From positions 1 through 32,429 of the forward strand of contig NIVC01004570.1 in NCBI GenBank assembly GCA_002269645.1: a stretch of DNA of 32,429 nucleotides, written 5' to 3'. Below the pieces are notes generated by a model that searched no databases, was not told the DNA's origin, and worked only from the letters and a program-made list of their open reading frames with translations. Positions 14,020 to 24,096 of this stretch are shown in pieces (the stretch's first letter is position 1; each line of letters starts with the position of its first letter). The DNA comes from Macrostomum lignano (Eukaryota). Both the position numbers and the translations under genes were made by a program.

Positions 14020-15720
14020 TACCAATAACTGCCCTGTCTCTACCATTCTACCCTGTCTCTACCATTCTACCCTGTCTCTACCATTCTACCCTGTCTCTAC
14101 CATTCTACCCTGTCTCTACCATTCTACCCTGTCTCTACCATTCTGCCCTGTCTCTACCATTCTACCCTGTCTCTACCATTCTGCCCTGTCTCTACCATTC
14201 TACCCTGTCTCTACCATTCTGCCCTGTCTCTACCATTCTGCCCTTTCTCTACCATTCTGCCCTGTCTCTACCATTCTGCCCTGTCTCTACCATTCTGCCC
14301 TGTCTCTACCATTCTGCCCTGTCTCTACCATTCTGCCCTGTCTCTACCATACTGCCCTGTTTCTACCATACTGCCCTGTCTCTACCATTCTGCCCTGTCT
14401 CTACCATTCTGCCCTGTCTCTACCATTCTGCCCTGTCTCTACCATTCTGCCCTGTCTCTACCATTCTGCCCTGTCTCTACCATTCTGCCCTGTGTCTACC
14501 ATACTGCCCTGTTTCTACCATACTGCCCTGTCTCTACCATTCTACCCTGTCTCTACCATTCTACCATGTCTCTACCATTCTACCCTGTCTCTACCATTCT
14601 GCCCTGTCTCTACCATTCTACCCTGTCTCTACCATTCTGCCCTGTCTCTACCATTCTACCCTGTCTCTACCATTCTGCCCTGTCTCTACCATTCTGCCCT
14701 GTCTCTACCATTCTGCCCTGTCTCTACCATTCTGCCCTGTCTCTACCATTCTGCCCTGTCTCTACCATTCTGCCCTGTCTCTACCATACTGCCCTGTCTC
14801 TACCATACTGCCCTGTCTCTACCATTCTGCCCTGTCTCTACCATTCTGCCCTTTCTCTACCAATAACTGCCCTGTCTCTACCATTCTGCCCTGTCTCTAC
14901 CATTCTACCCTGTCTCTACCATTCTGCCCTGTCTCTACCATTCTACCCTGTCTCTACCATTCTGCCCTGTCTCTACCATTCTGCCCTGTCTCTACCATTC
15001 TGCCCTGTCTCTACCATTCTGCCCTGTCTCTACCATTCTGCCCTGTCTCTACCATACTGCCCTGTTTCTACCATACTGCCCTGTCTCTACCATTCTGCCC
15101 TGTCTCTACCATTCTGCCCTGTCTCTACCATTCTGCCCTGTCTCTACCATACTGCCCTGTCTCTACCATACTGCCCTGTCTCTACCATTCTGCCCTGTCT
15201 CTACCATTCTGCCCTTTCTCTACCAATAACTGCCCTGTCTCTACCATTCTGCCCTGTCTCTACCAATAACTGCCCTGTCTCTACCATTCTGCCCTGTCTC
15301 TACCATTCTGCCCTGTCTCTACCATTCTGCCCTGTCTCTACCATTCTGCCCTGTCTCTACCAATAACTGCCCTGTCTCTACCATTCTGCCCTGTCTCTAC
15401 CATTCTGCCCTGTCTCTACCATTCTGCCCTTTCTCTACCAATAACTGCCCTGTCTCTACCATTCTGCCCTGTCTCTACCAATAACTGCCCTGTCTCTACC
15501 ATTCTGCCCTGTCTCTACCATTCTGCCCTGTCTCTACCATTCTGCCCTGTCTCTACCATTCTGCCCTGTCTCTACCAATAACTGCCCTGTCTCTACCATT
15601 CTGCCCTGTCTCTACCATTCTGCCCTGTCTCTACCATTCTGCCCTGTCTCTACCATACTGCCCTGTCTCTACCATTCTGCCCTGTCTCTACCATTCTGCC
15701 CTGTCTCTACCAATAACTGC
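14020..15720. repeat. 19-bp minisatellite, about 89 units, filling intron 1 of gene A
   Basis: Unit ct(g/a)ccctgtctctaccatt with a 21-bp variant ending ...accaataa. ORFs 13997..14866 and 14566..15366 are simply this unit read in three frames (19-aa period). Confidence 0.98.
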
Positions 15721-15735
15721 AATTTCTCTACTCAG

Positions 15736-15849
15736 ACCGATGCGTCACAGCCCGGATCAGCTGAGCAGCCGCCCACCGCAGCCCAGCAGCCGCCCGGCCC
15801 AGCTGAGCGGCCCAAGTCGCATGCCGGCAGGAGTACATTTGCCCATTCG
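15736..15849 (+). CDS. Gene A putative exon 2 (TDASQPGSAEQPP...STFAHS)
   Basis: Acceptor tttctctactcag, GC-rich open 114 nt, donor GTGACT; phase 0 at both ends. Confidence 0.5.
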
Positions 15850-16267
15850 GTGACTGCCTACCAATGCACTATTTCAACATGCTAATATAACTATTTTCTA
15901 ACATGTGAAACATGTAAAGATAATATAATATTTGAAAACTTATTAATTATAACTAAAATTCGTATGCACATAAAATATAATTATAAAATTTGCAAGTAAA
16001 TAATATATATAACTAAAATAGCTGGACTTGTGTCTAATGCGATTTATTTGAAACCCTTTGGAGCTGCGATCGAATTATTTTCGCATTTCTACTATTAGTA
16101 GCATGTAATGCAAAATTTATAGTTTTTTGCGAAACTTTTATGTGTCATATTTCGAAATATTCTGGTCGGATATATTTTTTTGGAGTGTCATATCTGTGAT
16201 GTGGCCTGTCGGGTATCCCCTACGATGTGCGTCATTTCTTTGTTTTGGGTCATCACTGATAACATAG

Positions 16268-16299
16268 GGTCACAAGGTGGGGCTGGAAGAAAAGCACTG
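16268..16299 (+). CDS. Gene A putative 32-nt exon 3 (GHKVGLEEKH+W)
   Basis: Acceptor ctgataacatag and donor GTATGT. Phase 0 to phase 2 bridges exon 2 and exon 4 with no frameshift. Confidence 0.45.
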
Positions 16300-16542
16300 G
16301 TATGTCCCCCATTGGTTTTACAGTCCCCCCAGTGGCGACGCCACTGCATTTGGATGTCATCTGATGATTGTCATGCATTGTAGCTACATGTACATGTGCT
16401 CTGCCCCTGATAGCCTATTTCCAATCTTCTTTATCCAATCTATCCAATCTATCTCCAATGCCGAAAACCATGCTCTCTCCTCTCCCCTAGGAGCAGCAGC
16501 GCAGTGAAGCAGCCAGACTGGTGCCTGAGTCGTCTCTAACAG

Positions 16543-16743
16543 GGGCCCTGTTCCCGCGCCCCTGCTCAGCCCTGTGTTTCTGGGCCAGCCGCTAAGCATG
16601 GATTTCAATTTTGTCGGCGTGCACCCGGGTCGCTACGACCTGCTGCTACGCGTCAAGAAGCTGCTCTGCGATCCTCTCGACTCCGAATCGGTGGCTTCGG
16701 CTGCTGACAGCTCCGGCGTTCGGGTTCCACTGTTGCAGGCCAG
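16543..16743 (+). CDS. Gene A putative exon 4 (GPVPAPLLSPVFLGQ...RYDLLLRVKKLL...VPLLQAR)
   Basis: Acceptor tctctaacag, donor ag|GTGCAT, phase 2 at both ends. Overlaps the GC-rich part of ORF 16574..16903. Confidence 0.55.
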
Positions 16744-16784
16744 GTGCATTCTTATTAATTATTCGTCGCTTTTAAGTTCGAAAA

Positions 16785-17222
16785 CAGATACTAGAATAAC
16801 TGGATGGGTCACTCAGGCATATATACTTAGTAAAATAGCTTTCTACGTCCATTTCAGTAGCAAAGAAGAATACATAAGCTACGAGTATTTTAAAGGCGGC
16901 TGAAATAACTTTGATAAGTTTTACTTGAAGACGTAAACAGCTTGCATGCTAATTGGTTCAGCAGTAATGTACATTGGCCAGTCCACTGAAATGTACATAG
17001 CAGCTTTTGGCTGGAATTCCGAGAAGGGCAAATAAAAATTGGGGCGGGCGGGGGGTAAGTGTGGAGTAGCGGTTGGAGGGTTTAGGCTGAGGGGGGTAAA
17101 GAGCCAATATATGAGCCTTGGCTTTAAAAATACATTAAAATTCTTCTGTTTAACTGTCTACTGAACTGAAAGTAGCTTACACGCAAATGTTCTGAGTGGT
17201 CCATCTATTTATTCTAGTATCT
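16785..17222. mobile_element. MITE-like element, about 440 bp, with about 32-bp imperfect terminal inverted repeats (family copy 1)
   Basis: Left end cagatactagaataactggatgggtcactcag. Right end reverse-complements to agatactagaataaatagatggaccactcag. Both ends match the element at 31168-32093. No TSD seen. Confidence 0.7.
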
Positions 17223-17286
17223 CGACAGATTTTATAAACCAACGCAACAATGTTATTGAGCACAGACGTCGCATTTCGCTTCGCAG

Positions 17287-17366
17287 GATCAACCGTCGGA
17301 GTGTGACGATTTCCAATTTCGAATGCTCGATAGATGTTACCTGCAAAGGACATCGCGAACTTAATG
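17287..17366 (+). CDS. Gene A putative exon 5 (INRRSVTISNFECSIDVTCKGHRELN)
   Basis: Acceptor tttcgcttcgcag, phase-2 start matching exon 4, open frame. Donor is uncertain (17367 or 17378). Confidence 0.5.
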
Positions 17367-17486
17367 GTGATTTTTACGTGTTTTTATATATTTTTCGAAT
17401 ACTGTCTTTACTTTAAACGACGTACTGATTAAAGCATATTATTTCTCTGCAATCTACTTTATTTTGTGTCTAAGATTATGGACCTC

Positions 17487-17624
17487 TTCCGTGTCTAACA
17501 CCTCTCGTCACCATTTCCGTGTCAAATATCTCTCTCGTCATCATTTCCGTGTCGAACATCTCTCTCGTCATAATTTCCGTGTCGAACATCTCTCTCGTCA
17601 ACATTTCCGTGTCTAACATCTCTC
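17487..17624. repeat. 30-bp tandem repeat, about 4.7 copies, intronic
   Basis: ttccgtgtc(g/t/a)aacatctctctcgtca(nn)t repeated. It explains the VSNISLV and DERDVRHGN peptide repeats in the ORF track. Confidence 0.92.
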
Positions 17625-17698
17625 ATCAAAATGTGTTTAGCAACTCTCGATGTTGCCTTAGACGCCGACAAAATTTCGGTAACCAAGCCAATCTTAAG

Positions 17699-17992
17699 AC
17701 CCTCCTGCCGCACTGTCCAGACCAGCCGCTTCTATCGGCCAGCACAGTGAGCCACCTGCTGCAGAACTACAGCATGCAGCCGGATCGGTGGTTCTACTGG
17801 CGCCTGGCAGTACTTGACCTACCGTCTGACGGCCTTGGAGTGTTAGACCTGACCGCCCGGGTGTCGATAATGCGACGTGGAGTGGCCGACGCCACGGTCA
17901 CCCAGGAGGAGTTTGAACGCGAACTACGCAATGCCCTGCTAGTTGACCACCTGTTTCTAAGGCTACAGCCGTGTCCTGATCCCTGTTATTGA
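17699..17992 (+). CDS. Gene A putative last exon (TLLPHCPDQ...WFYWRLAVLDL...EEFERELRNALLVDHLFLRLQPCPDPCY*)
   Basis: Globular-looking GC-rich 3' part of ORF 17519..17992 with its stop at 17990-17992. The exact acceptor (17640, 17661 or 17698) is unresolved. Confidence 0.55.
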   Translation, partial: TLLPHCPDQPLLSASTVSHLLQNYSMQPDRWFYWRLAVLDLPSDGLGVLDLTARVSIMRRGVADATVTQEEFERELRNALLVDHLFLRLQPCPDPCY

Positions 17993-18604
17993 CTGCTAGA
18001 AATAATTGTCCCGCTATTTGACTATCCTAGTGAATATGAACAATAATCAATCGAAGATTGTGCTGTTCTTTGTTCTTTGTCCCTTGCAAATGCACCTGAC
18101 TCTGCCGATGCTACACGTACCTCTGCTCCGGAGTTATACTTTCGGATATCCGTGTCTTGTGTTATCCGCCCATATAGTACAAGTACTTTCTGATCTCCCC
18201 CGGACGTTGCAAGCATCTTAAAGAATAATCCGCGGTCCGGATATCTCAGGCTGCTTTGAATTCTCCGGGGTTACTTGCAGTCTCTATCCCCCCGGAAGTC
18301 ACAAGCAGGTTGAAATATCCGGCCGAGAAACTAAGGTTTGCTTTGCGATACCCGGATTGTGAAGTCCGGGTCAATGAACGATTTGTCAAAATTTACATGT
18401 TAAATTAGTTAAAGTCACCAAACTATTGGGGGAAGCACTTCGACTCTAAGGTTCGACCTGCGTCCTGCATCGCTTCAGAAGTTGATCCAGAAGTTGACTC
18501 CATTGACACAGCGCTTTATAGCTAGGCCAGCAGCCAACTGGTAGACGTTTTGTCACACACGCCTCTGCGCACTGGGTACGCGCAGTCGCTCCAAGTGGAC
18601 AAAA

Positions 18605-18647
18605 GTCACGGACTACTTAATTGTGGTTAAGTTAAGTAGTCCGTGAC
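18605..18647. other. Perfect 16-bp inverted repeat with an 11-nt loop
   Basis: gtcacggactacttaa - ttgtggttaag - ttaagtagtccgtgac. Confidence 0.9.
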
Positions 18648-19337
18648 AAAAGTATTCCGCCTTTTGATCGTCGCGACGGTAATTTTCTCTAATGCCTTGG
18701 CAATCCTCGCGTGACGTTCCCGCGCATTCGCTGCTAGGCAATTTTGATTCTAGCCGCCAACCTGGAGGCCACAGCTGCGCGCTGCTGTTCTTTTTTCACA
18801 ATTAGCCATCGCCGTTGAATTGATGCATTGAGCAGCCGCCGCATCGCTTCGAAGCAAAGGCTCAAAGCCAAAAACATCACTGAAAGGCGAAGCCATAAAT
18901 CGTCGAATTGCGTCTGCTGTTATAAGCAAAGTTGGATTGTGTCCAGGTGTTGATCCCTGCAGTTATTGTCAGTTGGCAGTTGCAAACCTTGCGAAGCAGG
19001 CGCATTGCCTCGCTTTACTATTTAATCTAACCGTTAATGCCTGATAGCAGAGAAGACTTGAAAAAGCCATAGAACAATACTTTTAAGCAAGCCCCTCAGA
19101 TTTTTTGCCATGAATTGGCTCGTTTCGCGTCCCGAGGGTTTTAGTTGTCCCTGCCTCGTATGTAGGCGTTTGCTGCAGGGTATACCCACAGCCAGCTTCT
19201 GTGAATATTTATTTACGGCAAACAACAAACATATTAGTTGAAAACGTTGAATTTTACAAAAACCGTCTGGCTACGGAGACGACCCATGTAGAGTGAAGTA
19301 TAAAAAACAAGCTGTAGCATGTAAACACAGGCAACTC

Positions 19338-19529
19338 ATGGTCGGTGAACAGACAGCTGTACGTACGTGCGAGTTTGGCACTGGCAATCTGGCAATCATG
19401 GCCGACATAACCAGCGAAGCGGAACTGGATCAGCTGGACTTTACCTATGAAAAGTGCAAGATTCGGTAGCACTTCTTCTTGGGCGGATCTCGGACTGGAA
19501 AGCGTTCATCAGGCTGGAACTGGGTGGGC
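19338..19529 (+). pseudogene. Possible C-type-lectin-like fragment with an in-frame stop
   Basis: AVRTCEFGTGNLAIMADITSEAELDQL...*HFFLGGSRTG...GWNWVG loosely fits the CTLD pattern A..C...LA.I.S..E...W/F-I/L-G...W-W. TAG at 19467-19469. Confidence 0.25.
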
Positions 19530-21267
19530 CTAGCTGAGGCATCGAGTTCAATGCCAGGCTTTCCCAAACCCTTTAAAATTGTTAAGAAGCATGCTAGGTT
19601 TCATACTTTAAGTATTGAATGCGAATAGAGGCCATATAGCTTAAAACTACACGGAGGCAAACTTGTCAAGCGAGGCAACACCGTTAAGCAACAATACTGT
19701 GTAATAACTAAATGCTTTAATATTTGTGATTATGTAATTCCATGTCAACAAAAAACATATAATGAAATGTTTATTTTAGGTTTTTTTGTCTTAAAAAGAA
19801 AAAACTAATCATCTTCAAGCAATAGGGTTTCCGTGCTTGGTTTCAGAGTTTAACTGACGCATGTCATCAATTTTATAGAGTGTGGTTTGCTTTATAATAC
19901 TTTACTTTGCCAGTTGACAGAGCAGTCAGCAGAGTTACCCTTAATCGTATGCACGGTGTGCGGTTTGCGATCGAAATTTTGTTGAACGCTAAATATTCCC
20001 CATCTCTTCATTAATCATTTTATAATTTCTATTATCTTTAAGTGTTTTCGATTATATATTTACCACAAAAAATTACGAGTTAGTGGCATAATTTACTATG
20101 CGGCTACCTAGCCCAAGCAGCCAAGCTTCTAGGCCTATTCGAAAATGATTTAGTTTTTTATTTATTTAGTACTAATATTATATTGGTGACTATAAGTCAT
20201 TTAGGTCTTCTGTAGCCATTTCGAATAATATATATGGTGCTGTATCCTGTATGAAGATATTTTAATGATATGCGATGAAGTTTAGAACTATAATATCAGC
20301 AATATGCTAATACAGGAATACCATAATTTACACTACTTTCGTGATCACTATTTTGCATTGTAAACAAAACTTGTAAGGCTTCTTTTCATTTAATTACTTT
20401 TTTCCCTAATCTATACTAATGTTAGTCAAGTTCATTTGAGTATTGTCAATCTTATCTTAGAAGTAGATTCCTTTCAAATCTTATATTCTTATTTATTGAT
20501 ATCTTCCTTAAGTCTACAAATAGTCAAAGTATTCAAAAAATAGTTTAAAGCCTTGTTTCACTTAGTGTAAAGTTACTTTTAGGAATCTGATTAGAATTTT
20601 GTAGTAAATGACCAGGGCTTTGTGTCAGTTATAAAGTTGAGAAATTTGTTTGTATTTACTGTATTTAAGAAATTTTAAATATGTTTACCATATTAATGCT
20701 TGTGCTTAAACTAATGTTAAATAGGTAAAAATTTGTCTACTTTGCAACAAATGGATAATATTAATTATAATTATATCTTAATAAGAGAAACCATTTTTAA
20801 GATAGGCCTAGACATTGTCAGAAATTTATATTTCTAGTTTCACAATTTTCAGCTACCATAGATATGATTTAAAATATTTAATTTATTGCAGCCTGACTGC
20901 TGGCTGAGTATTTATGGCATATGCTGCAGGGTGAGTTTATACCATTTTTTCTTTCTGCAATAAATGTTCTTACAAAAGCTGATAAAGCTAACTAACATGG
21001 CATGAGAGATCTGGCATAAATTGCACACAAATTGCTTGAATTTTAGACAGAGGCCCCAGTTTGTGGCCAATCCATTGAACCCGGTGTCCTACTTGCAATT
21101 GTTTCCACGTTCTACACAAAAGTACATTGTGTGCTATATGCTATTCTGGGTATTTGTTGGTCTCTACTTCATTTATACTGGTAAGTTTCACTTCTGAATG
21201 ATTCCTAAAATATTTATATTCCTGGAAATGTTTTCTAAATTTATTACTATCAATGAATAATCTCCAG

Positions 21268-21435
21268 GTCTTGCTGTCTACCTGTTTAAAATGGCCTATT
21301 CGTCTGTGTTTGAAGTCAAACCTAAGCAAATGCACGACATTCTGTCCTATTTTCCCGAGGTTAAAGACGGCGCCACTAAGATCACGTGGTCCCACGCTAC
21401 CAATTCTAAGAAACTGCTTCACGATGCGTTGAATG
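21268..21435 (+). CDS. FAM151: FAM151/menorin-family protein, exon (LAVYLFKMAY...KDGATKITWSHATNSKKLLHDALN)
   Basis: ITWSHATNS resembles the FAM151B ITWYHAANH motif. Acceptor ctccag, donor g|GTGAT, phase 1 at both ends. A 10-nt ATG-bearing exon at 20921-20930 (donor GTGAGT) is possible. Confidence 0.8.
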
Positions 21436-21530
21436 GTGATTGATAATTGCATGATTATTGGAAAATTGCATGCCAATGTATCGGGCAAATCAGTGACCTA
21501 TTTATGACAGTGGATCAGAATATTCTGGAG

Positions 21531-22060
21531 GACCTAAGACAGGGATCTAGAACAGAGACCTAAGACAGGGATCTAGAACAGAGACCTAAGACAGGGATCT
21601 AGAACAGAGAACTAAGACAGGGATCTAGAACAGAGACCTAAGACAGGGATCTAGAACAGAGAACTAAGACAGGGATCTAGAACAGAGACCTAAGACAGGG
21701 ATCTAGAACAGAGACCTAAGACCGATCTAGAACAGAGACCTAAGACAGGGATCTAGAACAGAGACCTAAGACAGGGATCTAGAACAGAGACCTAAGACAG
21801 GGATCTAGAACAGAGACCTAAGACAGGGATCTAGAACAGAGACCTAAGACAGGGATCTAGAACAGAGACCTAAGACAGGGATCTAGAACAGAGACCTAAG
21901 ACAGGGATCTAGAACAGAGACCTAAGACAGAGGGATCTAGAACAGAGACCTAAGACAGGGATCTAAAACAGAGAACTAAGACAGAGGGATCTAGAACAGA
22001 GACCTAAGGCAGACGGATCTAGAACAGAGACCTAAGACAGGGATCTAGAACAGAGAACCT
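21531..22060. repeat. 26-bp minisatellite, about 20 units, intronic
   Basis: Unit agaacagagacctaagacagggatct, with one XbaI site per unit junction. A degenerate proto-unit lies at about 21494-21520. Confidence 0.97.
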
Positions 22061-22143
22061 ATCCCAGGAAACTCAGGAAGTCTCAGTAATTTCAAACCAA
22101 AATGCTAGATTGCTCCGAGAGCCGAAACCGCCCTATTCCTCAG

Positions 22144-22442
22144 GCCCGAATCGAGTCATGGTCCTAGAATCTGACGTACTGATGAAGGGTGCCGGCACAA
22201 GCCAGCAGGAGCTGCTGCCCATCATGGCCCATCCGCCTGACACAGATTCCGACTTGACCTTCGATGAATACCTGGCCACAGTGGCAGCCTCCAACTCCAC
22301 CGTTGGCATCAAGCTGGACTTCAAAGCGATCGAAGTGGTGGAGCTCTGCCTGCAGAGAGTCGCCAGAGTGGCTGACCGACTTCCTGGGCCTGTCATTGTC
22401 AATGCTGACATCCTGCGCGGGCCTGGCGCTCCGGCTGATAAG
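22144..22442 (+). CDS. FAM151: FAM151/menorin-family protein, exon (VLESDV...PIMAHPPDTDSD...GIKLDFK...NADILRGP)
   Basis: Motifs match FAM151B MIEADV, PIMAHPPETNSD, GIKLDFK and NADILPGP. Acceptor ttcctcag (phase 1), donor aag|GTGCGA (phase 0). Confidence 0.92.
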
Positions 22443-22528
22443 GTGCGAACTTTAGTGGGACCACTAGGGCCAACCCTAAAGCCTCAGAGGGTGTAGATGC
22501 TCACGACAATGAAACATTTCTTCTTCAG

Positions 22529-22975
22529 GAGCCGATCGACCATCGGCGGTTTCTTCGCTTCCACAGCGAGCTGACGCCGCGTGCCCTCCTGTCTGTCGGT
22601 TGGACAACCGGCTACTCAGCCAGGGACATCGGCAACCGCCGCTACGGCTGGGAGCACGTGGTCCCCATGTGGGAGCTCGTGACTTCTATGAGAGAGAAAT
22701 CTTCTTCCGCATCGGCCCCGTCTGCGGTGACCTTTCCTGTCAGGGCCAGTCTGCTTTCCGATTCGCTCGCCCAGCTGTGCTGGCTTGTTGAAGCTTGCGA
22801 CGCTGGTGGTGGCGCCACCGCCTCGTTGACTGTCTGGATGGCCAAGGCGCCAGGTGAGCCGCAGCCTGAAGCTGCTGTGCTGCGGCGCTACAGAACTGAA
22901 TTGGGCAGCAGGCGGCTGTTTGTGGATCTGCCGGGATTGGATGTCAGCTCCATCGCTGCCAGGAATGCCAGCCTG
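22529..22975 (+). CDS. FAM151: FAM151/menorin-family protein, exon (EPIDH...SVGWTTG...VTFPVRA...SLTVW...LFVDL)
   Basis: Matches FAM151B SLGWTTG, VTFPVRA, SLTIW and VFYDI. An 86-nt intron lies upstream. The exon either splices at ctg|GTGAGA (22976) or reads on to a stop at 22994-22996. Confidence 0.9.
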
Positions 22976-23033
22976 GTGAGACTGCTGCGGGACTGACTGA
23001 TGCTGGACCACATTCACCAGGCTGATCCGAGCT

Positions 23034-23350
23034 TCCCAGATCCTGAGTTGCTGGGCCAGCCTCCCAGATTCTCAGTTGTTGGGCCAGCCTTTCAGATCCC
23101 CAGTTGCTGGGCCAGCCTCCCGGGTCCTCAGTTGCTGGGCCAGCCTCCCAGATCCTCAGCTGCTGGGCCAGCCTCCCAGATCCTCAGTTGCTGGGCCAGC
23201 CTCCCAGAGTGTCAGTTGCTGGGCCAGCCTCCCAGAGTGTCAGTTGCTGGGCCAGCCTCCCAGAGTGTCAGTTGCTGGGCCAGCCTCCCAGAGTGTCAGT
23301 TGCTGGGCCAGCCTCCCAGATCCTCAGTTGCTAGGCCAGCCTCCCAGATC
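23034..23350 (+). repeat. 28-bp minisatellite array 1, about 11 units
   Basis: Unit cagttgctgggccagcctcccaga+(gtgt/tcct/ttct). Confidence 0.97.
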
Positions 23351-23400
23351 CCCGGCCACTCATCAAAGTCCCAGCAGCCGCTCATCCCAAATCAACCCAG

Positions 23401-24048
23401 ACGTCGTCGCCGACTCCGCCAGCGGCCGCAGCCACCCGCCGACTGTCGAACGCCACTCTGGTGCCGCTGCAGCCGGCCGATTGGACCATCGTCGCCTTCC
23501 CTCCGCGCGTCAGCGTCGGTCTCGGCCGCGCCTGTGTCGCCACTCGCGCCAGCCGCCTGTCGCTGCAGTCTCGCGACACTCCGTCGGCGCCAACCGCTTT
23601 GGCGCCGCTTCGCCTCGTCGGCGACGCCCAGTTTGGCGCGGGGCCGATGGCGCCAGCCGCCGGCGTCGCAATTGGCCTGATGGACGGCGGCATTCGAGTC
23701 CACATCGACGTTACCGTCGGTTCGGTCAGCATTGTCGAATTCGATATCGACGGTTCAACGGAGAGGCAGCGGCGTCGAGCCGAGCTGTCGACTCGTCGAA
23801 CTCGGTCGGGCGGCGAGGTCTGGTACAGCCTGGAGCACCGGCCTGACAGCCTGACAGTCGAGGTTGCCTTCCCTGACCAGTCGGGTGCATTGTCCGATTC
23901 GTCGTTGAAGCTGTCGCTGACGGGCCTGCTGGAGAGTCGGCGCAATTCGGCCTACGCTCCGCTGGTGACCCTCGGCGGCGGCAGCAAAGGTGGCAAGAAA
24001 CAGCCGCTTGCAATCATGGCCTTGTGCCACCTGAGCCTTACCACCTGA
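23401..24048 (+). CDS. Putative terminal exon of the menorin-like gene (about 215-aa extra C-terminal region)
   Basis: Acceptor aacccag|acg in phase 0 matches donor 22976. The GC-rich frame is open and includes ORF 23461..24048, with alternating hydrophobic, beta-strand-like segments. Confidence 0.6.
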   Translation, partial: TSSPTPPAAAATRRLSNATLVPLQPADWTIVAFPPRVSVGLGRACVATRASRLSLQSRDTPSAPTALAPLRLVGDAQFGAGPMAPAAGVAIGLMDGGIRVHIDVTVGSVSIVEFDIDGSTERQRRRAELSTRRTRSGGEVWYSLEHRPDSLTVEVAFPDQSGALSDSSLKLSLTGLLESRRNSAYAPLVTLGGGSKGGKKQPLAIMALCHLSLTT

Positions 24049-24096
24049 GCTCTGTTTATAGTGCAGATTTTCTTCTAGGTATCGGATTTGGTCAAC

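Noticed and set aside
13997-15366. Long repetitive ORFs of 289 and 266 aa
   Set aside because: They are translations of a stop-free 19-bp unit cycling through three frames.
17679-17698. 20-nt GT-AG micro-intron that would restore the frame in gene A
   Set aside because: It is shorter than introns known in animals, and an alternative donor at 17378 with acceptor 17698 gives an in-frame join without it.
21141-21488. 115-aa minus-strand ORF
   Set aside because: It is the antisense shadow of the FAM151 exon on the plus strand.
23000-23945. Overlapping ORFs 23000..23680, 23076..23846 and the minus-strand ORFs
   Set aside because: They arise from the 28-bp repeat plus alternative frames of a GC-rich exon.
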